Shown: positions 30,428 through 42,040, counted from the first letter of the stretch. The stretch: 64,000 bases of DNA from an uncultured Gammaproteobacteria bacterium (GCA_963764725.1 CAVXTM010000001.1:192001-256000); one strand, 5' to 3'. Numbers and translations: made by a program. Notes: generated from the sequence alone by a model not told the origin.

Positions 30428-31834
30428 CTACAGCGCCCGCAGGAACGAAACCAGGTCCTTCTTCTCGGCTTCGGTAAGCTTCGTTCCAAGCACGAGATTG
30501 AAGAATTCTACCGTGTCGTCCAGAGTCGGCAGCCGTCCGTCATGCAGGTAGGTCGGCGAGTCCTTGATTCCGCGCAAGGGGAAGGTCTTGATGGGGCCGT
30601 CAGCCGAGGCCATCCGGCCATTGATCATCCGCGGCTCGTAGAAACGCTCCACCTTCAGGTTGTGCATGAGGTTGTCCGTGTAATAGGGTGGGGCATGGCA
30701 GGTGGCACACTGCCCCTTACCGAAGAACACTTGTTGGCCGCGCAACTCCGCCGCACTAGCCTGGGTCTTGTCCAGCTTGCCAAACACATCCAGTTTGGGT
30801 GCCGGCGGGAAGTCTAGCAGTTCCTGGAACTCGGCCATAGCGTGGACCTGGCTGCCGCGCTCGAGGATATTCACGCCCTTCTTCTGGGCGATCACGGGAT
30901 CGCCGTCGAAGTAGGCCGCGCGTTGCTCGAACTCGGTGAAGTCCTCCACGCTCCGTAGGGCGCGCTGGGAGCCAAACAGGCGCTGGATATTGACCCCCCG
31001 CAAGGAAGGGGTGTCGATGCGGTGGCGAAACTCCTGAGGCCGGATGTCGCCCACCAAGTGGGTGCTGGCGTTGGTGTGCCCGTTCGCGTGGCATTCGAAA
31101 CACACCACACCCCGGCTCGGCTTCTCCGTGCGCCGGTCCTCGGTCTGGTTGAACTGTTGCTGTGGGAAGGGAGTGACCAACAGTCGCACTCCCTCAATCT
31201 GCTTCGGATTTAGGATGCCGTTGAACAACTCATAGTAGTTCATTATAGTCACCAGCTTGCCCTTCGAGACATCCCCGAGATCAGGCCGCGTGGTCAGGAA
31301 GATTGGCGCTGGGAAATCAGGTAAGAAGTGCTCCGGCAGGTCAAAGTCCAGGTCGAAACGGGTGAGGTCTCGGTCTTCCTGTTTCTTGATCTCCTCAATG
31401 TGAAATTCCGGGAAGACCATCCCACCTTCCCCGTGGTTGGGATGAGGCAAAGGGAAAAATCCTTTCGGAAATACGTCTTGCTGCCGGATGTCCTCTGGGG
31501 TCATCGCCGCCAGCTTCTCCCAGGTCATATCCTCGGCCAGTTTGACCCGCACGCCTTCCTGGAGTGCCTTGCCGCCGGTCATGGTCACGCCTTCAGCGGG
31601 GCGATCGGACAGGTCATAGCGTTCCTCAAGCAAGGCCTCTTGCCGTTGCATGACCTGGGGCTTAGCCGCCTTCATGCGTGCCATGGTGCTGGCAAAGTTC
31701 TCCGTGATATTCACGGGCGCGTAGCTCGATGGTGCTTCTTCGGCAGACGCCGAGCCAAATAAGCCCAGGCTGGCGGCCGCCACACCGAAGAGTATCCGCG
31801 TCGGGATGAGGACGTTTCGCTTCTGTTGCAACAT
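30428..31834 (-). CDS. Exported di-heme cytochrome c (bCCP/MauG superfamily)
   Basis: Signal peptide; CFECH and CATCH; DTPSLRG; YLHDGRL. Confidence 0.85.
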   Translation of the reverse strand: MLQQKRNVLIPTRILFGVAAASLGLFGSASAEEAPSSYAPVNITENFASTMARMKAAKPQVMQRQEALLEERYDLSDRPAEGVTMTGGKALQEGVRVKLAEDMTWEKLAAMTPEDIRQQDVFPKGFFPLPHPNHGEGGMVFPEFHIEEIKKQEDRDLTRFDLDFDLPEHFLPDFPAPIFLTTRPDLGDVSKGKLVTIMNYYELFNGILNPKQIEGVRLLVTPFPQQQFNQTEDRRTEKPSRGVVCFECHANGHTNASTHLVGDIRPQEFRHRIDTPSLRGVNIQRLFGSQRALRSVEDFTEFEQRAAYFDGDPVIAQKKGVNILERGSQVHAMAEFQELLDFPPAPKLDVFGKLDKTQASAAELRGQQVFFGKGQCATCHAPPYYTDNLMHNLKVERFYEPRMINGRMASADGPIKTFPLRGIKDSPTYLHDGRLPTLDDTVEFFNLVLGTKLTEAEKKDLVSFLRAL

Positions 31835-31912
31835 GATTCACTCCTCCGCGCTATTAAGGCGCAAATTCAACGTTAACACGCTACCAGAGTTTTTTTCCAT
31901 TCGAATGGCGGG

Positions 31913-31996
31913 CGCTTGGCGCCTGAATTCAAAACCCGGGCGGGCGAGAGCGCGACGGCCGCGGTGGTGCCCTTTACCGCTCGCGCGGGATAAGGC
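31913..31996 (+). repeat. 84-bp imperfect direct repeat, copy 2
   Basis: Encodes RLAPEFKTRAGESATAAVVPFTARAG*, versus RLAPEFATQAAESATAAVVPFTPRAG* in copy 1. Confidence 0.9.
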
Positions 31997-32533
31997 TGAT
32001 TAAAATAAACACATACCCCGCGGTCTTGCCGCGGATACCTTAGTAATGGGGTTTCAAAGGGGAGAAGCGCACTCCCTCCCCTTTGGTCAAGGGCGGAATT
32101 CATATTCCGCCCGCGAAGTATATTGATTATCACGGCGGCGTCTGGCGCGCGGTCCGATACCCGCACCGCCGGCACTCCACTTTCTCGATGCCGGAACTGC
32201 CGCCGAAGGCAAACGACACTTCAACGACTCGAAAGTCGTGGGATCCTAAAAAACAGAGGAGTCGTCCTATCTTTTTTAACCACTCGTTTATCATTTTGCC
32301 GCCTCCTTCGTGAGAATCCGTAGGGTCCTCGAAGCTCGCCCGCGGGCGATAGTTGATATATCTTGATTAACTATAGACCATCACTGGCGCTTTGATCGCG
32401 GGGAGGTCCCCGAACCCTGTCCACTGCCGGGATCGCGTTGCAGGAATGCCCGCGGCGCAACGCTCCGCCGGCTCCCCGGTTGTGGCAGGTGAGCCCGCTG
32501 CGGTATTCTCTAATATAAAGACAGGCAGTGACG

Positions 32534-34987
32534 ATGGAGGAGCAATACCAACCAGCCAGTATCGAGCCCGCGATGCAACAACGATGGGACGAGCATCGGA
32601 TCTTTGCGGCCAGCGAAGAGCCGGGGCGGGAGAAATTCTACTGCCTTTCGATGTTCCCCTACCCAAGCGGGCGCCTGCATATGGGCCATGTCCGCAACTA
32701 CACGATCGGCGATGTGATCGCCCGCTATCAGCGCCTGCGGGGGAAGAACGTCCTGCAGCCGATGGGTTGGGACGCCTTCGGGCTGCCGGCGGAGAATGCC
32801 GCCATCGATAACCGCGTCCCCCCGGCGCGCTGGACTTATGAAAACATAGCCTATATGCGCGGCCAGCTCAAGCGATTGGGGTTTGGCTACGACTGGGCGC
32901 GCGAGCTGACCACATGCCGGCCCGAGTATTACCGCTGGGAACAGTGGTTCTTTGTACAGTTATTTAAGAAAGGTCTCGTCTATAAGAAGACCTCCGTCGT
33001 CAATTGGGATCCGGTCGATCAGACAGTGCTCGCCAATGAGCAGGTCATCGATGGCAAGGGGTGGCGATCCGGGGCTCTCGTCGAGCGGCGTTTGATCCCC
33101 CAGTGGTTCTTGAAGATCACCGCTTACGCCGAGGAATTGCTCACCGGTTTGGAGGGGCTCGAGGGTTGGCCGGACGCCGTGCGCACGATGCAGCGCAATT
33201 GGATCGGACGCTCCGAAGGCGTCGAGGCCGAGTTTTCGATCCCCGCTTTTGGGGAGAGCTTGACGGTGTTCACCACGCGCCCGGACACGCTCATGGGCGT
33301 GACCTATCTCGCGGTCGCCGCCGAGCACCCCTTGGTGGCGCGCTTTGCGCAACGTGATCCCGCGTTGACTGGGTTCGTCAACGAGTGCCGCCTCATGGGT
33401 ACGAGCGAGGTGGAGCTCGAGACCATGGAGAAAAAAGGCATGCCCCTCGGGGTCGAAGCACTGCACCCTATCACCGGCGAGTCCTTGCCGGTGTGGGTCG
33501 CCAACTTCGTGTTGATGGGCTACGGCACCGGCGCAGTGATGGCAGTGCCCGCCCATGATCAGCGCGACTATGAGTTCGCGCGCCGCTTCGACCTGCCGAT
33601 TAAGCAGGTGGTGTTCCCCGGAAATGCTCTCAGCGCGGACGTATCGGAGGCCGCGTTCATCGAACCGGGGGTGCTGAGAAATTCAGGCGCGTTCGATGGT
33701 TTAAGCTCGGCCGCCGCCTTCGCGGCCATCGCCGAGCGTTTGCGGAAAAGCGGCAAAGGGCGCCGCAAAGTGAATTACCGCCTGCGTGACTGGGGCGTGT
33801 CCCGCCAGCGCTACTGGGGCTGCCCGATCCCGATGCTCAATTGCCCGCAGTGCGGCCCCGTGCCGGTCCCCGAGGAGGAGTTGCCGGTGGTACTTCCCGA
33901 AGAGGTGGAGTTTCAAGGAGTGGTGTCTCCCATCAAACGCATGCCGGAGTTTTACCAGGCGCGCTGTCCGGCCTGCGGCGTAACCGCCGAACGCGAGACC
34001 GACACCTTCGATACCTTTTTGGAATCCTCGTGGTATTACGCGCGTTACTGTTGCGCGGACAGCACCGAGCGCATGCTCGACGATCGGGTCTGCTACTGGC
34101 TGCCCGTGGATCAATACATCGGCGGCGTGGAGCATGCCGTGCTGCATTTGCTCTATGCCCGGTTTTTCCACAAGCTGATGCGCGACCTAGGAATGGCGCC
34201 GCATGCGGAGCCTTTCACGCGCCTGCTCACCCAAGGGATGGTGCTGAAGGACGGCGCCAAGATGTCGAAATCGAAGGGTAATACCGTCGATCCGCAAGCG
34301 CTCATCGATAAGTACGGGGCCGATACGGTGCGACTATTCACCATGTTTGCGGCTCCGCCGGAGCAATCCCTCGAGTGGTCGGACACTGCCGTCGAAGGTG
34401 CGTTTCGCTTCCTCAAGCGCCTCTGGCGCTTCGCGACGGAGCATCTCGCACGCGGTGCCGTGGCTGCGGTAGATAAGGCCCGGCTGACGCCGGCTCAAGC
34501 GGAATTACGCCGCCAGATCCATCAGACAATCGCCAAGGTCAATGACGATATCGGACGCCGCTATACGTTCAATACCGCGATCGCGGCGGTCATGGAGCTT
34601 ACGAATGCCTTAACGGGTTTCAAGGATAATTCCGAGCAGGGGCACGCGCTGCTGCGCGAAGGTCTCGAGACCATCGCGATAGTGCTTTCCCCGATTGTGC
34701 CCCACATCACCGAGGCGCTCTGGGCCGCCCTCGGCCATGCGGATCTGGTCGCCAACGCACGCTGGCCCACGGTCGATGAGGCCGCTCTGGTGCGCTCCGA
34801 GATCACGTTGGTGGTGCAGATCGACGGTAAGAAGCGGGCCGATCTCACGCTCGCACCGGGGACACCGGAGGCGGCGGTCAAGGAGATCGCGCTCGCCGAT
34901 CCCAAAGTCCGGCGCTACCTCGAGGGTCACGAGATCAAGAAGCTCGTAGTGGTGCCCGGGCGCCTCGTGAACATCGTGACCGTATGA
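32534..34987 (+). CDS. leuS: Leucine--tRNA ligase
   Basis: [29 protein letters not shown]. Confidence 0.98.
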   Translation: MEEQYQPASIEPAMQQRWDEHRIFAASEEPGREKFYCLSMFPYPSGRLHMGHVRNYTIGDVIARYQRLRGKNVLQPMGWDAFGLPAENAAIDNRVPPARWTYENIAYMRGQLKRLGFGYDWARELTTCRPEYYRWEQWFFVQLFKKGLVYKKTSVVNWDPVDQTVLANEQVIDGKGWRSGALVERRLIPQWFLKITAYAEELLTGLEGLEGWPDAVRTMQRNWIGRSEGVEAEFSIPAFGESLTVFTTRPDTLMGVTYLAVAAEHPLVARFAQRDPALTGFVNECRLMGTSEVELETMEKKGMPLGVEALHPITGESLPVWVANFVLMGYGTGAVMAVPAHDQRDYEFARRFDLPIKQVVFPGNALSADVSEAAFIEPGVLRNSGAFDGLSSAAAFAAIAERLRKSGKGRRKVNYRLRDWGVSRQRYWGCPIPMLNCPQCGPVPVPEEELPVVLPEEVEFQGVVSPIKRMPEFYQARCPACGVTAERETDTFDTFLESSWYYARYCCADSTERMLDDRVCYWLPVDQYIGGVEHAVLHLLYARFFHKLMRDLGMAPHAEPFTRLLTQGMVLKDGAKMSKSKGNTVDPQALIDKYGADTVRLFTMFAAPPEQSLEWSDTAVEGAFRFLKRLWRFATEHLARGAVAAVDKARLTPAQAELRRQIHQTIAKVNDDIGRRYTFNTAIAAVMELTNALTGFKDNSEQGHALLREGLETIAIVLSPIVPHITEALWAALGHADLVANARWPTVDEAALVRSEITLVVQIDGKKRADLTLAPGTPEAAVKEIALADPKVRRYLEGHEIKKLVVVPGRLVNIVTV

Positions 34988-35475
34988 TGAAGTCAATGGC
35001 CGTCCTAGCGATCATCCTGTGTGGGAATGGATGCGGATTTCACCTGCGCGGATCGAGCCCGGTGGCGCTTCGATTCTCGGGCGTGTTTCTCGAGTCGCCC
35101 GGCGCTCAGCAAGTGGCGGCACAATTGCGGCGGCAATTGCAGTATAACGGCGTCGCGCTCATGGGCAAGCCGGCCCTGGCCGAAGCCGTGGTCACGCTAA
35201 GTGACGAGCGCTTCGAGCAGCGCGTGCTTTCGGTCGATCCGCGCACCGGCAAGGTGCGCGAGTACTTGCTTGCCTATCGCGTCGATTTGATGGTGGCCGA
35301 CGCCAAGGGGCATTCCTTGCTCCCCGCGCAAAGCATCGACCTGGTGCGCGATTTCACCTTCGATGAGACCGCGGCGCTTGCCAAATCCGAAGAAGCGCAG
35401 CTCTTGCGGCAAGAAATGATTCAAGACGCGGCCGCGACAGTGCTTAGAAGACTCGAAACCATTAAGGCGAAGTAA
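34984..35475 (+). CDS. lptE: LPS assembly lipoprotein
   Basis: Lipobox followed by CGFHLRG; leuS-lptE-holA synteny. Confidence 0.92.
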   Translation: MMKSMAVLAIILCGNGCGFHLRGSSPVALRFSGVFLESPGAQQVAAQLRRQLQYNGVALMGKPALAEAVVTLSDERFEQRVLSVDPRTGKVREYLLAYRVDLMVADAKGHSLLPAQSIDLVRDFTFDETAALAKSEEAQLLRQEMIQDAAATVLRRLETIKAK

Positions 35476-35476
35476 C

Positions 35477-36550
35477 GTGACGGCAGCCCGCCCGCGGCCG
35501 CGGGCAAAGCTCAAACCCGGCCAGCTTGGGGCGCGCATCGAACGCGAGGGGCTCGAACGGCTCTACCTCATCGCGGGCGATGAGCCCTACCAGTGTCTCG
35601 ATGCGATGGACCAGATCCGATCCCAGGCGCGTGCGCTCGGCGTCACGGAGCGCGTGGTGCTCGAAGCGCAAGCGGGATTCGACTGGCAACGCCTGCGCTA
35701 CGAGGCGAATCAACTGAGCCTGTTCGGCGATCGCCGGCTCATAGAGCTCACGCTGGTGCACGTTCCCCCGAACAACGAGGGCGCACAAGCCATCATCGCC
35801 TATACCCAAGGTACGTCAGCGGACACCGTGGTGGCGATCCGCGCGCCCGTCATCGATTACAGAGCGAAGCAAGGCGCATGGTACCAAGCCATCGAAGCCG
35901 CGGGCGTGGTTGTCGAGGTCCCGCCGGTGCCGCCCGAGGCGATGCCGGACTGGATCTTGCGGCTCGGCGAACGGCGCGGTCTCCTCTTGGATCAGGAGGC
36001 GGCAATGTTCATTGCCGAGCGGGTCGAGAATAACCTGCCCGCGGCAAGTCAGGAGCTTGAGAAGCTCCGGCTTTCCTTGCCGGGCGGCAAGGCGGGTCTT
36101 AAGGACGTCGTCGCGGTGGTTACGGACAGCAGCCGTTATGACGTGTTCGCCCTGGTCAATTGCGTGTTGAAAGGGCGCCTGGCACGATCCTTGTCCGTGC
36201 TCGCGGGACTCCGCGCCGAGGGTACCGAAGCCGCACTCGTGACCTGGTCTCTGGTGCGTGAGCTGCGGATCCTATGCCGCTTGGCTTATAACCAGGCACG
36301 CAAGCTTCCTCTGGAGACCTTGTTCGAGGAATTCCGCGTCGGGGATCGGCGTAAAGCGGCCCTGAAACCGGCGATGCGGCGCCACACCGTCGCCAGCTTG
36401 CGGGAGTTGCTGCTGGCCGCCCATCAAGTAGAACGAGCCATCAAAGGCGCAGGCCCAGGAGATCCGTGGCTCATGCTGGCGGAGGTCGCGATCGGCCTCG
36501 CCACAAACAATGCCTCGCAACGAAAGCGGGATTACAATGAAAACGAGTGA
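35477..36550 (+). CDS. holA: DNA polymerase III subunit delta
   Basis: [26 protein letters not shown]; synteny. Confidence 0.92.
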   Translation: MTAARPRPRAKLKPGQLGARIEREGLERLYLIAGDEPYQCLDAMDQIRSQARALGVTERVVLEAQAGFDWQRLRYEANQLSLFGDRRLIELTLVHVPPNNEGAQAIIAYTQGTSADTVVAIRAPVIDYRAKQGAWYQAIEAAGVVVEVPPVPPEAMPDWILRLGERRGLLLDQEAAMFIAERVENNLPAASQELEKLRLSLPGGKAGLKDVVAVVTDSSRYDVFALVNCVLKGRLARSLSVLAGLRAEGTEAALVTWSLVRELRILCRLAYNQARKLPLETLFEEFRVGDRRKAALKPAMRRHTVASLRELLLAAHQVERAIKGAGPGDPWLMLAEVAIGLATNNASQRKRDYNENE

Positions 36551-37296
36551 CCTAAATAGACCCGGCGTACGGTGTCGTTGGCGAGAATGGTCTCCGGCGC
36601 GCCCTCCGCGATGATGGTGCCTTCATTTACGATATAAGCCCGATCGCAAATTCCCAGGGTCTCGCGTACGTTATGGTCGGTAATCAAGATCCCGATCCCG
36701 CGCGCCGCAAGCTGTTTGATGACCTTCTGAAGATCGAGCACCGAAAGCGGATCGACGCCGGCGAAGGGTTCATCCAGCATAATGAACTCGGGCTCCGTCG
36801 CCAGTGTCCGCGCGATCTCTGTGCGCCGCCGCTCGCCTCCTGACAGGGTTTCGCCCACACGATCGCACACGTGGTGAAGATGGAACTCTTGCAGCAGGTC
36901 CGTCAGCCGGCGTTCGCGCTCAACCGCATCGATGACCGATCGTATCTCCAGTACTGCCAGGACGTTTTCCCGTACCGTGAGTTTTCTGAAGATGGAAGAC
37001 TCCTGCGGGAGATAGCCCAGCCCTAAACGCGCGCGCTGGTCCATCGGCAAGGCGGTGATGTCGCGGTGGTTGAGAAACACGGCGCCGGCGTCATTCGGCA
37101 CGAGACCCACGATCATGTTGAAGCTCGTGGTCTTGCCCGCGCCATTCGGACCAAGCAAACCGACGACTTCCCCGCTTTTAACGTTTAGGCTGACGTCCTT
37201 GACGACCTGCCGCGACTGATAGGTTTTGGAAAGGTGCCGGGCGCTGATGACGTGGGTCGATTTTTCGCCGGGCTTATTCTTTTGGTCCAGGTCCAC
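36532..37296 (-). CDS. lptB: LPS export ABC transporter ATP-binding protein
   Basis: [43 protein letters not shown]; GTG start inferred. Confidence 0.95.
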   Translation of the reverse strand: MDLDQKNKPGEKSTHVISARHLSKTYQSRQVVKDVSLNVKSGEVVGLLGPNGAGKTTSFNMIVGLVPNDAGAVFLNHRDITALPMDQRARLGLGYLPQESSIFRKLTVRENVLAVLEIRSVIDAVERERRLTDLLQEFHLHHVCDRVGETLSGGERRRTEIARTLATEPEFIMLDEPFAGVDPLSVLDLQKVIKQLAARGIGILITDHNVRETLGICDRAYIVNEGTIIAEGAPETILANDTVRRVYLGHSFSL

Positions 37297-37861
37297 TAGC
37301 GCGGGAGGCGCGATCGGTTCCGTTCGGCTCCGTTTTCTTGGCCGGAGGAATGATGATCCGTACCCGGTCATCGTCCGTGGCCCCGTCGCCGTTGGATAGC
37401 TCGCCGGGGCGCGCCTTTCTTGCTTTAAGGACATTGCGGGCGGTATCGTAGGTCATGTGGTGGCCGGTGTAAATCTGCCCCCGCTGCACGATCTTGACCT
37501 TGTTGCTCATATGGATCAGTTGCTCTTGGGTCTGATACCTCATGTTGAGAGCCACGCCCTCGATATCCTCCTCCTCGTTATCGGGACGTTGCCGGTAGGT
37601 CGCGGGTGCGCCTTCCAAAAGCGCTTCTTTTAGCTGTTGGTCAGCCGCGTATTTCAAGGTGAGGGTGTGGCCGGTGAAGCGCGTGCTCCCTTGGATGACG
37701 ATGACGTTCCCGCGGTAGATCGCAACCCCTATCTTATCATCGATTTCGACAAAGTCCGCCGTGACTTCAATCGGTTGATCGCGATCCGTAGACAACGCGG
37801 CGGCGGCCATGACAAAGAATAAACCTGCCAGCAACACGCTGGAGTTAACGCTTTTCGTCAT
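37274..37861 (-). CDS. lptA: LPS transport periplasmic protein
   Basis: [29 protein letters not shown]; synteny. Confidence 0.9.
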   Translation of the reverse strand: MTKSVNSSVLLAGLFFVMAAAALSTDRDQPIEVTADFVEIDDKIGVAIYRGNVIVIQGSTRFTGHTLTLKYAADQQLKEALLEGAPATYRQRPDNEEEDIEGVALNMRYQTQEQLIHMSNKVKIVQRGQIYTGHHMTYDTARNVLKARKARPGELSNGDGATDDDRVRIIIPPAKKTEPNGTDRASRASGPGPKE

Positions 37862-38429
37862 AATGAGTCCGCACGTTTTTCAACAGTTCGACCAGGCCAA
37901 ACGCGAGCCGCGCACGCATCCCGATCCCGTTCGTGACGGAGGTGGGCGTGATGATCGTGGCGGCGCTATCGGTTTCCGCATAGCGCTTTTCGGGCAGTAT
38001 CCTGAGATCGGGCGCTTGCACCTCGATCTCGCGCACACCCTTGGAGTTTTTGCGCCACACGCTCACGTTTCCGTGCAGCAAGACGACATCGTTGCCGGCC
38101 CCGATCCATCCCGAGTCGGCACGGGCGAACCACGGCGCCTTCCGATTATCGCTATACAGCTCGAAGGTGGGGTGCAGGAGTTGGGTGGTGTCATCCCTGA
38201 AGTGGAACATGCGCTTGGCGCGGAGCCGGCTTTCGAGCCTTCCGCGCTCGTCCATGGCGGTGCGGACGAAGTTCTCCATGTAAGAATCCGGTTCATCCAG
38301 GCCGACCGCCTCGCGGGTGATATTTTGCCCTTCCAGGCGTTCCAGGATCCAAGCGGTGGTGCCGGCACAAACGCTGAATGCGATCACCCCCGGCCAGTGT
38401 TTTAGCTTGCGGAAGCTTAGAACTGTCAC
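37845..38429 (-). CDS. lptC: LPS export periplasmic protein
   Basis: N-terminal TM, PDSYMENF, YAETD, LLKNVR; synteny. Confidence 0.88.
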   Translation of the reverse strand: MTVLSFRKLKHWPGVIAFSVCAGTTAWILERLEGQNITREAVGLDEPDSYMENFVRTAMDERGRLESRLRAKRMFHFRDDTTQLLHPTFELYSDNRKAPWFARADSGWIGAGNDVVLLHGNVSVWRKNSKGVREIEVQAPDLRILPEKRYAETDSAATIITPTSVTNGIGMRARLAFGLVELLKNVRTHYDEKR

Positions 38430-38442
38430 AGAAGCTGTTCGT

Positions 38443-38590
38443 TAGGGAAGCTCTGCAAAAGTGACTGCGCAGCCAATCTGCTTTGTCGCGTGCTCGCGCG
38501 TCACTCGCCTATCTACCTGATATGTCTCGCGACTCGCTCCGCGGCTTCGCGCATCTGGGCTTGCTCGCGACACTTTGCAGAGCTTCCCTA
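38443..38590. mobile_element. MITE (~144 bp) with TA duplication
   Basis: TA-GGGAAGCTCTGCAAA...TTTGCAGAGCTTCCC-TA; noncoding; inserted at the kdsC stop codon. Confidence 0.8.
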
Positions 38591-39133
38591 GCTCAAGTAC
38601 CGGTCGTAAAGGTTTGTGAGCAAGCCTTGCGCGTCCAGGAGCAGCTCGCACAATTCGCGCACGGCGCCGCGTCCGCCCGGTTGCCGTGTCCGCCAATGCG
38701 CATGCTGACACACTAAATGATGCGCATCGGCCACGGCAACCGCAAGTCCGGCGCGGATCATGACCGGCAAATCCGGCAAATCGTCTCCCATGAACGCCGC
38801 CTGCTCGGCGCTCAAGCCGAGCTCGCGGAGCAGGGCATTGAAGATCGATAGCTTGTCTGAGGCCCCCTGGTAGACGTACCGTATGCCGAGTTCCGTCATG
38901 CGCTCTTCGACCGCCGCCGAAGAGCGTCCCGATATCACGGCGATGTGTAAGCCGGCTTCGCGCAGCATGGTCAGCCCCTGCCCATCGTGGGTGTGAAACA
39001 GCTTAAACTGCTCGCCCCGCTCGCCTAGAATCAGGCTGCCGTCGGTCAGCACCCCATCCACATCGAATGCGGCGAGGCGGATCTTCACGGCCCTGGTCTT
39101 GACCCGATGCAACGGTTCTGCGATGTCCACCAT
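38588..39133 (-). CDS. kdsC: KDO 8-phosphate phosphatase
   Basis: FDVDGVLTDG, GDDLPD, GGRGAVRE. Confidence 0.95.
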   Translation of the reverse strand: MVDIAEPLHRVKTRAVKIRLAAFDVDGVLTDGSLILGERGEQFKLFHTHDGQGLTMLREAGLHIAVISGRSSAAVEERMTELGIRYVYQGASDKLSIFNALLRELGLSAEQAAFMGDDLPDLPVMIRAGLAVAVADAHHLVCQHAHWRTRQPGGRGAVRELCELLLDAQGLLTNLYDRYLS

Positions 39134-39143
39134 GACGGGAACG

Positions 39144-40178
39144 TTAAAGGACCCCCGCGCGCAGTAAATCGTGCATGTTCAGCACGCCGCGCAGATTGCT
39201 CGTTTCGTCGGCGACTAACAACGCATTGATCTTGTGCCGTTGCATCAGGTTGAGCGCTTCGGCCGCGAGGCAGTCTTGACCGACGGTGACGCATGCGGGC
39301 GTCATGACGCTCCGCATGCGTGCTCGATGGACATCGACGCCGCGGTCCAGGGCGCGGCGCAGGTCGCCGTCCGTGAAGATACCGGCGATGCGCAGCCCGT
39401 CCTCGACGATCGCCGTCATACCCAGGCCTTTCCGCGACATTTCCACCAGCGCATCCCGCAACAGCGCCTCGGTGGTGACCACCGGGATCTCGTCCCCGGT
39501 ATGCATGAGATCGGAAATTCGCAGCAGCAGCCGCCGCCCCAGTACTCCGCCCGGATGCGTCTGCGCGAAGTCCGCGGCGTTGAATCCGCGCGCCTCGAGG
39601 AGGGCGATCGCCAGCGCGTCTCCCATGGCCAGGGCCGCGGTCGTGCTCGAAGTCGGCGCCAAGCCCAAAGGACAAGCTTCTTGCGCCACGCTGACATCCA
39701 AGTTGACGGAGGCGGCGCGTGCGAGGGTCGATTCGGGCTTGCCGGTGAGCGCGATGAGCGGGATTCCTAGGCGCTTAATGAGCGGCAGCAAAACTATAAG
39801 TTCCACGGTTTCCCCGGAGTTGGACAGAGCGAGCACCGCATCCTTGGTGGTGATCATGCCCATATCGCCGTGGCTGGCCTCGCCGGGGTGGACAAAGAAC
39901 GCCGGGGTGCCCGTGCTGGCCAAGGTAGCCGCGATCTTGCCGCCGATATGGCCGGACTTACCCATGCCCAATACCACGATTCTGCCCTCGCAACTCAAAA
40001 GATAACGGCAGGCGCTGACGAACTCCGGGCCGATGCGCGCGCCGAGAGCGGCCACGGCTTGCGCCTCATTGTCGATAACGGAACGTCCCAAGGCTTGCAG
40101 CCGTTCGCCGGCAACGCGCTCGTCGTGAGGATGGTCACGCATGCGTGAAAAAAATCCGGCACGCTGGTAGCGTTTCAA
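39144..40178 (-). CDS. kdsD: Arabinose 5-phosphate isomerase (KpsF/GutQ)
   Basis: GMGKSGHIG, HPGEASHGD, APTSSTT, CBS pair; start may be 40142. Confidence 0.95.
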   Translation of the reverse strand: MKRYQRAGFFSRMRDHPHDERVAGERLQALGRSVIDNEAQAVAALGARIGPEFVSACRYLLSCEGRIVVLGMGKSGHIGGKIAATLASTGTPAFFVHPGEASHGDMGMITTKDAVLALSNSGETVELIVLLPLIKRLGIPLIALTGKPESTLARAASVNLDVSVAQEACPLGLAPTSSTTAALAMGDALAIALLEARGFNAADFAQTHPGGVLGRRLLLRISDLMHTGDEIPVVTTEALLRDALVEMSRKGLGMTAIVEDGLRIAGIFTDGDLRRALDRGVDVHRARMRSVMTPACVTVGQDCLAAEALNLMQRHKINALLVADETSNLRGVLNMHDLLRAGVL

Positions 40179-40298
40179 GGGGCAGAAACCCGTATATCAC
40201 TTTCAAGTACCCCGAACTTTGAGATGAAATTCTATGGTAAGTGCGTGGGATTTGCATGTGAGCTACATTACGACCACGTGAAAAGGAACCTGATCCCG

Positions 40299-41291
40299 AT
40301 GCGTCACGATGATCTCAAGCTCTGGGTAACCCGGATCCTCAAGACGGGTGATTTCCAGCTCAGCGCGGCCTCGAGCGACGCCAGCTTTCGGCGTTACTGG
40401 CGGATCCAGCATCGGGATCGTTCCTATATCGTGATGGATGCGCCGCCCGAGCGGGAGAATTGCGACGCTTTCATAGACATCGCCAAACGTCTGGGGGAGG
40501 CGGGTTTGAATGCCCCCAAGGTATTAGCAGGCGATCTTGCGCATGGGTTTTTGCTTTTGACGGATCTCGGAACCAAGCTCTACCTGGACGAGTTACGACC
40601 CGAAAACGCCGGACAGCTTTATCGTAACGCCCTGAACACTGTCGTCGCGATGCAGGTGCGCGCCGACGGCCGGGGACTTCCTCCTTACGATCGCGATCTG
40701 CTGATGCGGGAGACGGACCTGTTTAGGAGGTGGCTGCTAGCGAAGGAGCTCGATCTGCGCTTATCGGCCGACCAAAACGCGTCGCTAGACGCGAGCTTTG
40801 CATTCTTGGCAGAATCGGCCTTGTCGCAACCCCGGGTCTTCGTACACCGCGATTTTCATTCCCGAAACCTATTGGTCGGCGCGAGCAATGATCCCGGGAT
40901 CCTCGATTTCCAGGACGCGGTGATCGGCCCTGTCACTTATGACGTTGTTTCTTTACTTCGGGATTGCTACGTTCGCTGGCCGCGGAAGCAGGTCGAGGTC
41001 TGGGCCTGGGAGTATTACCGGCGGGCGCTCGAGCATGGCATTTTAAGTGGTGTGAGCCTCACGGCGTTTTACCGCTGGTTCGATCTGATGGGCGTGCATC
41101 GGCATCTCAAGGCCAGCGGAATATTCGCGCGTTTATGGCATCGCGACGCTAAGCGCGGCTACCTCAATGATATTCCTAGAACACTCGCGCACATTGCCGA
41201 TGTGAGCGTGCGCTACCCGGAATTGGAATCGCTGCATGTCCTACTGGTCAAAGAAGTCATACCTGCAATTAACGAACGGTACGCGCGATGA
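40299..41291 (+). CDS. amgK: Anomeric MurNAc/GlcNAc kinase
   Basis: SDASFRRY, MDAPP, HRDFHSRN, LDFQDA; upstream of murU. Confidence 0.88.
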   Translation: MRHDDLKLWVTRILKTGDFQLSAASSDASFRRYWRIQHRDRSYIVMDAPPERENCDAFIDIAKRLGEAGLNAPKVLAGDLAHGFLLLTDLGTKLYLDELRPENAGQLYRNALNTVVAMQVRADGRGLPPYDRDLLMRETDLFRRWLLAKELDLRLSADQNASLDASFAFLAESALSQPRVFVHRDFHSRNLLVGASNDPGILDFQDAVIGPVTYDVVSLLRDCYVRWPRKQVEVWAWEYYRRALEHGILSGVSLTAFYRWFDLMGVHRHLKASGIFARLWHRDAKRGYLNDIPRTLAHIADVSVRYPELESLHVLLVKEVIPAINERYAR

Positions 41292-41956
41292 AGGCGATGA
41301 TCTTGGCCGCGGGTAAGGGGGAACGCATGCGCCCCTTGACCGATCGTCTGCCCAAGGCGCTGCTGCAAGTCGCGGGCAAAAGCCTGATCCAATATCAAGT
41401 CGAGCGCTTGGTGCGCTCGGGGATCACGGATATTACCGTCAATCACGCGCTGCACGGCGATCTCATCGAGCAAACGCTGGGTACCGGCGCAGCCTTGGGC
41501 GCCTCGCTGCGCTATTCGCGCGAGGGGATCGAAGCGCTCGAAACCGGCGGGGGTATTTTAAGGGCACTGCCGTTCCTGGGACCGGGGCCGTTTATCGTCG
41601 TCAACGCGGACATCTGGACCGACTACCCCTACCAAAAATTATCGGGCCAGCCGCAGCGGCTGGCGCATGTAGTGCTGGTGGATAATCCGCCGCACCATCC
41701 CGCGGGGGACTTCGCGCTCACCGGGCATGGCGTGACATTGTCCGGGGATCGCCGACTAACCTTCGGCGGGATCGGCGCCTATCGGCCGGAGCTGTTTGAC
41801 GATTGCCTGCCGGGCACGTTTCGGCTCTCCGCGGTGCTGCGCATTGCGGTATCCCATGGCTTGGTGACCGGGGAGCGCTACGCGGGAGCCTGGGTGGACG
41901 TCGGCACGCCCGAGCGATTGTTGACGGTAGAGAACCTCGTTCAATCGCGACGCTGA
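41288..41956 (+). CDS. murU: MurNAc alpha-1-phosphate uridylyltransferase
   Basis: MKAMILAAGKGERMRPLT, LETGGG, DNPPHH, DVGTPERL. Confidence 0.9.
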   Translation: MKAMILAAGKGERMRPLTDRLPKALLQVAGKSLIQYQVERLVRSGITDITVNHALHGDLIEQTLGTGAALGASLRYSREGIEALETGGGILRALPFLGPGPFIVVNADIWTDYPYQKLSGQPQRLAHVVLVDNPPHHPAGDFALTGHGVTLSGDRRLTFGGIGAYRPELFDDCLPGTFRLSAVLRIAVSHGLVTGERYAGAWVDVGTPERLLTVENLVQSRR

Positions 41957-42040
41957 CCCCGAAGCGATGCAACATGGTACCTGCATTGCTTCCTACAACC
42001 AGATCCTTTTGTGCCCTAGCGCGCCTTTTCGGTTGTTGCA

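Noticed and set aside
32057-32087. Hairpin CAAAGGGGAG...CTCCCCTTTG
   Set aside because: The stem is real but has no clear U-tract or assignable RNA family
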